Shown: in pieces, positions 6,979 to 13,388 of the stretch
Layout of the letters: the number at the start of each line of letters is the position of its first letter
How positions within the stretch are numbered: the stretch's first letter is position 1
From: Myxococcota bacterium
Lineage (GTDB): Bacteria > Myxococcota > UBA4151
Assembly: GCA_040260805.1 (NCBI GenBank)
Contig: JBDQPD010000096.1
Location: 1 to 13,388, forward strand
DNA length: 13,388 nucleotides
Direction: 5' to 3'
Notes under the pieces: model-generated
The model's input: only the letters and a program-made list of their open reading frames with translations
The model's database searches: none
What the model was told of the DNA's origin: nothing
Made by a program: the position numbers and the translations under genes

Positions 6979-8238
6979 TTGGGCGCCCTTTTTCGTCTGA
7001 TCAGCCCGCTGCTTTTCGTGCTGGTTGCGCCCATTTTGTATGCGAACCGAAAGCTTCGACATGGGTGGTCGGAGCGTCTGGGCCGGTACTCTCAAAGTTT
7101 TGATTCGCTCGAGAAACCAAGAGTGTGGCTCCATGGCGCCTCTGCAGGTGATTTACTCGCTCTGCAGCCGGTGATCAGAGCGCTGCGTAGTCAACGTCCC
7201 GAGTTGAGTATTATCGTCTCATCGATGACGCAAAGCGGTCAGGAGATGGCGCGAGCTCGAATGACCGGCATTGATCGCTTGATCTATTTACCGTGGGACG
7301 TCCCATTCGCCGTTCGTCGCGCCTTGCGCTCGATTCAGCCTGATGTTTTGGTCCTTGAATACACCGAACTGTGGCCGAATCTGATCCACCAAGCTTCTGA
7401 GCGAGGGGTCCGGTTGGTGCTGACCAACGGGCGCATCAGTCCAGACAATTTGAGCGCATACAAGCGCCTCTTTGCGCTGGTCGGCAATCCACTCAAGCGT
7501 TTCGACCGGCTGCTCATGAGGAGTCGCTCTGAGGCAAACCGAGCCGCTGAGCTCGGGGCGTCAGCCTTCGCCTTGAGGATCGCTGGTAACACCAAGTATG
7601 ACAATTTGCAGCCACCAGAAGCCGACGCCGTTGCGGCGCTTGCCGCCGACATCCAGCGTCAGCCTGAGCGTCTGTTGTGGGTTTGTGGATCGACACACGA
7701 GGGCGAAGAAGCCGAGCTGATCGAGGTCTATAAAGAGCTGACCATACGGCACCGGCAGCTCGACCTTCTGATCGCGCCCCGGTACATCGAGCGCGCCCCT
7801 CGAATTGCAGAACTCGCAAGTCAGGCTGGTTTGCCCTGCGCCAGGCGGTCGGAGCATCAAGGCGCGATAGGTGGCGTCACCATCCTTGATCGGATTGGAG
7901 AGTTGATGCCGGCTTACGCCCTCGCCGATGTCGTTTTTGTCGGCGGCAGCTTTATCCCTCGTGGGGGGCAAAACATTCTCGAGCCAGCGGCATGTGGGAA
8001 GCCCGTCTTATTCGGTCCTTTCATGGATAACTTTTCTGATGAAGTTGCGCTTCTCGTTGGCCGAGGTGGGATCCAGGTGAGCGATCGCTCAGCGCTATTC
8101 GAGACAATTGATCAGCTTCTTTTTCGGCGGGGAGCCTGCGTTGAGGTGGGCGACCTTGCGCGCTCGAGCGTTACCGCTCGTGCAGGAGCAGGTGTTCGAT
8201 GCGCTGAGCAGATTCTCGGACTCATGGAGGGAGTATGA
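6979..8238 (+). CDS. waaA: 3-deoxy-D-manno-octulosonic acid (Kdo) transferase
   Basis: ERLG, VWLHGASAGD (canonical HAVSVGE), YLPWD, YTELWPNL, NGRIS, GNTKYD, GSTHEGEE, APR, FVGGS...GGQNILEPA, GPFMDNF. The TTG start is uncertain. Confidence 0.93.
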   Translation: MGALFRLISPLLFVLVAPILYANRKLRHGWSERLGRYSQSFDSLEKPRVWLHGASAGDLLALQPVIRALRSQRPELSIIVSSMTQSGQEMARARMTGIDRLIYLPWDVPFAVRRALRSIQPDVLVLEYTELWPNLIHQASERGVRLVLTNGRISPDNLSAYKRLFALVGNPLKRFDRLLMRSRSEANRAAELGASAFALRIAGNTKYDNLQPPEADAVAALAADIQRQPERLLWVCGSTHEGEEAELIEVYKELTIRHRQLDLLIAPRYIERAPRIAELASQAGLPCARRSEHQGAIGGVTILDRIGELMPAYALADVVFVGGSFIPRGGQNILEPAACGKPVLFGPFMDNFSDEVALLVGRGGIQVSDRSALFETIDQLLFRRGACVEVGDLARSSVTARAGAGVRCAEQILGLMEGV

Positions 8239-9212
8239 GCTCCCTCCCGACCCCTTGGTATTGGAAGGGGTTAGCGCATCACGCGCTAAAGCCTGCGGCG
8301 CTTTTGTATCGAGCAGCTCAGACGCTGCGCGCCTCAAGGCGTCGAGACCAAGCACATGAGATTCCTCTAGTGATCGTGGGCAATCCTAGAGTCGGAGGCT
8401 CAGGCAAGACGCCGATTAGCTTCGATCTGGTTGAGCGTTTGCGAGCACGACAGCAGGCTGCTGCATGGATAGGTCGCGGTGTCGGGGGAGATGGACGAGC
8501 GGGAGTCATTGGTGCTCAGGCGACGGCAGCTCAGTTTGGCGATGAGGCGCTCATGGCAAGTCGGCGCCTTGGCGAGCATTGCTATGCGGGTGTACCGCGC
8601 TCGGACTTGATCCGAAAAGCAGCTCAAAACGGCTGCTCAATAGCGGTCAGTGATGATGGGATGCAAAGCCCTGATTTGTTGCCGAGTCTTTTGATCGTTG
8701 TCCTTCGCGCTGAAGATCCGTGGGGTAATGGGCAACGCTTGCCAGCGGGTCCGTTGCGCGAGGGCCCCGAGAGCTTGGAGCGTGCTGATCTCATCGTGTG
8801 GCATGGTTTAGATCAGGGAGCTCCTCATTTGCCCGCCGACGCTGACGAGCGCTGGGTCACCGCGTGGTATGAATTGCAGCTGCCGGACCTCGATCCGGGC
8901 AAACCGATCGGATTGTGCACCTCGATCGCTGACCCAGAGCGCCTGCGGCGCAGCGTGATCGGCCAGGGGGTAGAGCCGACCGATTGGGTTGTTCGTGGGG
9001 ACCATCGGCGGTTGCCGCTCAACGATTTGGATCGATCGAAAACCTGGCTGACGACCGCAAAAGACTGGGCTCGGCACGCCCATGAGGTTCCGGCTGGACT
9101 TGATTTAAGAGTGGTCGGTTTGGTCTTGCGTTGGTCGGACAATGGTCGCCAGATCGAGGCCATGCTCGATGCGCTCGTTCAGGCCGAAGTGGACACCCGT
9201 TCCTCAGGTTAG
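8235..9212 (+). CDS. lpxK: Tetraacyldisaccharide 4'-kinase (lipid A 4'-kinase)
   Basis: VGNPRVGGSGKTP P-loop, GDEA, DDGMQ, LPAGPLRE...RAD, DH, TTAKD. ATGA overlap with waaA. Confidence 0.9.
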   Translation: MSSLPTPWYWKGLAHHALKPAALLYRAAQTLRASRRRDQAHEIPLVIVGNPRVGGSGKTPISFDLVERLRARQQAAAWIGRGVGGDGRAGVIGAQATAAQFGDEALMASRRLGEHCYAGVPRSDLIRKAAQNGCSIAVSDDGMQSPDLLPSLLIVVLRAEDPWGNGQRLPAGPLREGPESLERADLIVWHGLDQGAPHLPADADERWVTAWYELQLPDLDPGKPIGLCTSIADPERLRRSVIGQGVEPTDWVVRGDHRRLPLNDLDRSKTWLTTAKDWARHAHEVPAGLDLRVVGLVLRWSDNGRQIEAMLDALVQAEVDTRSSG

Positions 9213-9224
9213 TAGGTGCAGAAC

Positions 9225-10199
9225 ATGGTCGATTTATCACCTTTGATTGATGGTTTGGATTTCAGCGGCTGCCGTGTGCTGCTGCTGGGTGATTTGGTGC
9301 TCGATCGGTCGGTCTTTGGCACGACTCGTCGGGTCTCTCGAGAGGCACCGATTCCGGTCGTGCAGTACGCGGGCGAAGAATCGGCACCGGGTGGAGCCGC
9401 TAACGTCGCAGCCAACCTATCGAGTCTGGGTGCGCAGGTGACGGTGGCGGGCTTAGTCGGTGACGATGAACGTGGCGCCGAGCTCATTGATTGTTTGCAT
9501 CGGTTGGGCGCTCAAACTGACCTAACTCGTTCGGTCGCTGGGCGACCAACGACCGTCAAAACACGCGTGTTTGCTGGTGGTGCCGGCACCGTTCGACAGC
9601 AGGTGCTTCGACTCGACCATGAGCCGCCCTCAACGCCCGATTCGAGCCTGCTCAGCGCATTGGCTGCGCAAGTGGTCGAGGCGGCTCCAGGCTTTGATGC
9701 GGTGGTGCTGAGTGATTATGGCTATGGCGCCGTCGACGCGAGTTTGAGCGAGCGGATCGACTCGGTACCGGTGATCGTCGATAGCCGAATGCAGCTTCGG
9801 CATTTTCGAGCGGCGCATACGCTCAAGCCAAACTTGAGCGAGCTTGAACACAGCGCAGGGCGCGACCTCTTGAGTCATCACGATATCGAAACCGCCGCAG
9901 AAGAGTTGCGTGTGGGCAGCCAGGCTGGCGCAGTTTTGGTGACCTTAGGCCGTGACGGGATGTTGCTGTGCGAAGCTCAACAGATGCGTCGCGTGCCCGT
10001 CTTTGGAGATGATGAAATCGCTGACGTGACGGGCGCTGGGGACTCGGTCTTAGCGGCGTTTGCCTTGGCGCTGGGTTCCGGCATGGACCGTTTTGACGCC
10101 GCACGAGTGGCGACCGTCGCAGGTGCAGTTGCGGTGAATCATCACGGTACTCACGCCGTGCGCACAGCCGAGCTTCAAGCGGCGCTTAATCATGGTTGA
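9225..10199 (+). CDS. hldA: D-glycero-beta-D-manno-heptose-7-phosphate kinase (HldE/RfaE domain I, HldA; PfkB family)
   Basis: GDLVLD...[66 protein letters not shown] 9225 is preferred over GTG 9216 because AGGTG lies 6 nt upstream of it. Confidence 0.88.
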   Translation: MVDLSPLIDGLDFSGCRVLLLGDLVLDRSVFGTTRRVSREAPIPVVQYAGEESAPGGAANVAANLSSLGAQVTVAGLVGDDERGAELIDCLHRLGAQTDLTRSVAGRPTTVKTRVFAGGAGTVRQQVLRLDHEPPSTPDSSLLSALAAQVVEAAPGFDAVVLSDYGYGAVDASLSERIDSVPVIVDSRMQLRHFRAAHTLKPNLSELEHSAGRDLLSHHDIETAAEELRVGSQAGAVLVTLGRDGMLLCEAQQMRRVPVFGDDEIADVTGAGDSVLAAFALALGSGMDRFDAARVATVAGAVAVNHHGTHAVRTAELQAALNHG

Positions 10200-10662
10200 G
10201 GTGGTTCGGTTTGTCGCACAGGAGCTAGGGCTCGCTGCCGATTCATGGCGGGAGCAAGGGCGCCGTATTGTCCTCGCTAATGGAGCCTTTGATCTCTTGC
10301 ATGTGGGGCATGTGCGCTATCTACAGGGCGCAGCGGCAGAGGGCGATGTCTTGGTCGTTGCCGTCAATTCGGATCACAGCGTGCGGTTGTCCAAAGGGCC
10401 TGACCGCCCTGTGGTGCCCGAAGCCGAGCGCGCAGAGTTGATCGCAGCCTTGTCTGTTGTCGATCATGTGGTCGTCTTTGACGATAAGACCGTCGAGGGA
10501 ATCCTTCGGGCTTTGCGTCCTGACGTCCACGCTAAAGGAACCGACTATACGGCGGATTCCGTGCCCGAAGCAGCCTTGGTTCGAAGCCTCGGCGGCGAGG
10601 TGCGTATTGTAGGCGATCCCAAGGATCACAGCACGACTGAGATGATCCGGCGTCTTCCGTGA
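10192..10662 (+). CDS. hldC: D-glycero-beta-D-manno-heptose 1-phosphate adenylyltransferase (HldE/RfaE domain II, HldC)
   Basis: [15 protein letters not shown] (HxGH motif), VAVNSD.SV...KG..RP, ERAE, KGTDY, STT. Overlaps the kinase gene by 8 nt. Confidence 0.9.
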   Translation: MVEVVRFVAQELGLAADSWREQGRRIVLANGAFDLLHVGHVRYLQGAAAEGDVLVVAVNSDHSVRLSKGPDRPVVPEAERAELIAALSVVDHVVVFDDKTVEGILRALRPDVHAKGTDYTADSVPEAALVRSLGGEVRIVGDPKDHSTTEMIRRLP

Positions 10663-11708
10663 ACGAGTTGATGTTCGACCAAAAGTCGAGACTGCCGGCT
10701 TGGATTGCTGGTCTTTTGCTGTGCTGGGTAAGGCCCTGGCGAGGTCGGCTAGATCCTGAGCCCAAGAAATTGCTCATCGTACGACCCGACCGGCGCGTGG
10801 GGAATCAAATTATCTCCAGCTCGCTCGTGGTCGCTCTGAGCACACATCGCCCTGAGATCGAGGTTCACTATCTGGCGCCTGAGGGTAAAACAGCCCTCCT
10901 CGATGGGCTTCCAGGGCTCGCCAAGGTCCATGCTTTGCCACGACACCCCTTGCGCAACTTAGCCGCGCTTTGGCTGCTGCTTAAAACCTTACGCTCCGAG
11001 CGGTTCGATGTCGCACTCGATGCATCGCACTGGCACTCGTTTAGCCTAACAGCCGCCCTGCTGACCCGTTGTTGTGGCGCTCGATGGACGATCGGTCATC
11101 GCCGGCCAGGAGCCGACGGATTGCTCAACGAGTGGGTAGCGGCGCCGACCGGTCCTGATTGGCCCGCTGAGCTTGAAGTCAAGGCGCGCTTGCTTGAGCC
11201 GCTTGGTGTTCGTGTTGAGACCCCAGAGATGGCGCTCCCGCTGCCGGACGATGCGGATGACGTGATTCGGTGGTGGGCAGAACATGCCACCCAGGCTCAT
11301 CGGCTGTTGCTGTGGCCAACGACTCGCAAGTCGGTGACCGAGGTCCCGGCTGGATTATGGCCTCATGTGCTTCAGCGCTTGCCCTTGCCGCATGATCTCT
11401 CGATCGCGGTGGGATGGGGCCCTGGCGAAGAGTCCTTAGCCGAGCAGCTGGTTGCCTCGCTTCAGGGTGAGGGTTTTGAGGCTGCAATGTTACCGGCTAC
11501 CAGTATCTCCGAACTCGGGATGTTCATGCGCGAAGCGGATATGGTCGTCAGCGGGGATACAGGCCCGTTGCATTTGGCGGGCGCAGTAGCTCGTCGAGTG
11601 ATCGGTGTCTTTCGCCGGCCTGACGGAAAACGTTGGCTGCCGCTTGGTTCTGCCCACAGCGGTTATCTGCTCAGTGATCTGGGTGATCTCGAGGAGATGG
11701 ATCGATGA
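10659..11708 (+). CDS. Glycosyltransferase family 9 (ADP-heptose:LPS heptosyltransferase-like)
   Basis: N-terminal [31 protein letters not shown] and C-terminal [14 protein letters not shown]. Adjacent to ADP-heptose synthesis genes; GTGA overlap. Confidence 0.85.
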   Translation: MNELMFDQKSRLPAWIAGLLLCWVRPWRGRLDPEPKKLLIVRPDRRVGNQIISSSLVVALSTHRPEIEVHYLAPEGKTALLDGLPGLAKVHALPRHPLRNLAALWLLLKTLRSERFDVALDASHWHSFSLTAALLTRCCGARWTIGHRRPGADGLLNEWVAAPTGPDWPAELEVKARLLEPLGVRVETPEMALPLPDDADDVIRWWAEHATQAHRLLLWPTTRKSVTEVPAGLWPHVLQRLPLPHDLSIAVGWGPGEESLAEQLVASLQGEGFEAAMLPATSISELGMFMREADMVVSGDTGPLHLAGAVARRVIGVFRRPDGKRWLPLGSAHSGYLLSDLGDLEEMDR

Positions 11709-12544
11709 ATCTTCATTCGATGACAGGGTTTGGAACGGCGAAGACGGACCGACTCACGGTCGAGGTCCGCAGCGTCAACCACAGGAACCTCGATGTGAGA
11801 CTGCGTTTGCCTGAGGGGTGGAGCGCGCTCGAAGCAGGGCTGACTAAAATAGTTCGCCAGCATGCCAAGCGTGGGAGTGTCTCACTGACCGTCAGTGATA
11901 CTCAGCAGAAGGTCTCAAGTGTCGACGTCACCTTGCTCGAGGCGCGCGCAAACCAGTGGTTAGAGGCTGCAGACCATTTAGGGCGCAGTGACGTCGCCCC
12001 GATGACCTGGTTACTCGCCGGAGCGGTCGCTGGCTCGACGGCGCCACCAGACTCACAAGCCATTTTCTCGGTCGTTGAACAGGCCTTGGATGCGTGGAAC
12101 GCTGAGCGCCAGCGCGAAGGGCAGGCTCTCGGCGCTCAAGTGCTGCAGTTGGTTGATCAGATGTCGAAGCGGCTCGACCAGATTCAAAGCGATGAGGCCG
12201 CTGCCAACCAGCGTTATCATGAGCGGTTGGCTGAGCGGCTTAGCGATCTACTTAAGGGGCATGAGCTGGATGAGTTGCGTGTGGCTCAAGAGGTCGCGGT
12301 GATGGCCGAACGTCGAGATGTCGCGGAAGAACGAGTTCGGTTGGTGGCTCATTTGAAGGCGGTCGCCGAAGCCATGACCGATTCTGAATCGGTCGGTCGA
12401 CGGGTTGGTTTTTTGGCGCAGGAGTTGTTGCGTGAAGTCAACACCATCGGCAGTAAAGCGCAGGATTTAGCGATCGCCGAGCAGGTGATTGCGCTCAAGG
12501 TGCTGATCGAGCAGTTGCGAGAGCAAGTGCTCAACTTGGAGTAA
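11705..12544 (+). CDS. yicC: YicC/YloC family endoribonuclease
   Basis: SMTGFG, VEVRSVNHRNLD, RG, REG..L, R..QEVA...DVAEE..RL..H, GRR..FL.QE..REVNTIGSK, EQLREQV.NLE. Directly upstream of gmk, the usual arrangement. Confidence 0.93.
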   Translation: MNLHSMTGFGTAKTDRLTVEVRSVNHRNLDVRLRLPEGWSALEAGLTKIVRQHAKRGSVSLTVSDTQQKVSSVDVTLLEARANQWLEAADHLGRSDVAPMTWLLAGAVAGSTAPPDSQAIFSVVEQALDAWNAERQREGQALGAQVLQLVDQMSKRLDQIQSDEAAANQRYHERLAERLSDLLKGHELDELRVAQEVAVMAERRDVAEERVRLVAHLKAVAEAMTDSESVGRRVGFLAQELLREVNTIGSKAQDLAIAEQVIALKVLIEQLREQVLNLE

Positions 12545-12546
12545 AG

Positions 12547-13149
12547 ATGTCGGGTCGACTTTTGGTTTTTTCGGCGCCTAGTGGCGCAGGTAAGACGACC
12601 ATCACTCGGCAGATGGTCGCCGAGCATCCTGATCTGCAGTTATCAATTTCGACGACAACCCGACCGATCCGACCCGGTGAGACCGATGGGGTTCATTATC
12701 ACTTCGTCTCTGAAGAGCAGTTCCGAGATGCGGTCGCACAGGGGCGGTTCCTAGAATGGGCTCAGGTACATGATAACCTTTATGGCTCCGATGGAGCCTG
12801 GGTGGATCAGACCCTCGCTCAGGGGCGTGACATCTTGTTCGACATCGATGTTCAAGGCGGACATCAGATCCGAGCGGCGCGCTCAGACGCCTGCTTGATC
12901 CTCATCGTCCCGCCGAGCTGGGCTGAGCTAGAGCGTCGCCTGCGCGGGCGCGGCACCGACGATGACGCCGTGATCCGGAAGCGTCTCGCCGCGGCACACG
13001 CTGAATTGGTGGATGCGCAGGACTACGATGTGGTGGTGGTCAATGACCAGCTTGAGTCCGCGCTCGAGTGTGTACGCCGTGTGCTGCGCGGTGAAGTCGA
13101 TGATGGTGCGGCTAGGGCCGTGCTGGAAGCCCTTGTTAAAGCATCGTAA
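12547..13149 (+). CDS. gmk: Guanylate kinase
   Basis: SAPSGAGKTT P-loop, SISTTTRPIRPGETDGVHYHFVS, FLEWAQVH..LYG, DIDVQG, PPS..ELERRL.GRGTD, YD..VVND. Confidence 0.96.
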   Translation: MSGRLLVFSAPSGAGKTTITRQMVAEHPDLQLSISTTTRPIRPGETDGVHYHFVSEEQFRDAVAQGRFLEWAQVHDNLYGSDGAWVDQTLAQGRDILFDIDVQGGHQIRAARSDACLILIVPPSWAELERRLRGRGTDDDAVIRKRLAAAHAELVDAQDYDVVVVNDQLESALECVRRVLRGEVDDGAARAVLEALVKAS

Positions 13150-13181
13150 GAAAAGAAAGTTCGCACAAACGCTCTTTTTCT

Positions 13182-13219
13182 TTGACGGCCGCAGGTCATG
13201 TCTTCATAACGCCCCCCGC
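13182..13219 (+). promoter_or_regulatory. Sigma70 promoter with GC-rich discriminator (stable-RNA type)
   Basis: TTGACG (13182-13187) - 17 nt - CATAAC (13205-13210) - GCCCCCCGC, preceded by A/T tracts (13148-13183) resembling an UP element. Confidence 0.7.
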
Positions 13220-13388
13220 TTCGGTGCTCAGGGTGCCGTCGTTGCCTAGTCTCAGGACTCGGTTGTGTGCTGAAAACTGAAGAGTAAGTGAACTCGTATG
13301 ATACAGCGCCCTTTTAGGGTGTTGTTGAAACAAGCAAATGCGAGTCAACGCCATTTCATTTGAGATGGCGACCGTTAATTATAATACG
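13220..13388 (+). other. Probable rRNA operon 5' leader (16S gene expected just beyond the window)
   Basis: Non-coding, with boxA-like GTGCTGAAAACTGAAGAG (13267-13284), hairpins at 13303-13325 and 13349-13370, and an AT-rich end AATTATAATACG compatible with the sequence preceding GAGAGTTTGATC. No mature rRNA sequence is visible. Confidence 0.55.

Noticed and set aside
9225..10662. Split hldE as a frameshifted pseudogene
   Set aside because: Both halves are complete with intact motifs, and separate HldA and HldC proteins are well known.
2382..12627. Numerous short alternative-frame and antisense ORFs within the operon
   Set aside because: All overlap well-supported conserved genes and are expected by chance in GC-rich DNA.
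13013..13249. 78-aa ORF overlapping the end of gmk
   Set aside because: It is off-frame within gmk, runs through the promoter, and does not resemble RpoZ.

Overview
GC-rich bacterial window, probably Myxococcota or a related deltaproteobacterium (inferred from the myxobacterial Cys-rich repeats). Left arm, minus strand: (i) a lipoprotein made of 13 tandem CGDG...CDDGN...C...C repeats that runs off the left edge and is missing from the ORF track; (ii) a lower-GC, signal-peptide-bearing, Lys-rich, 6-Cys protein resembling the bacterial RNase A-like (CdiA-CT) toxin domain, but stand-alone and with no immunity gene. Right arm, plus strand: a tightly coupled 10-gene run (2253-13149). It holds a family-5 ABC binding protein, an OppB-like permease with a ~270-aa periplasmic insertion and an OppC-like permease with extra helices, but no ATPase. 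These are followed by waaA/kdtA, lpxK, split hldE (kinase and adenylyltransferase), a GT9 glycosyltransferase, yicC/yloC and gmk. The last ~210 nt look like a stable-RNA promoter and rRNA operon leader. All assignments come from reading motifs by eye; no searches were run.
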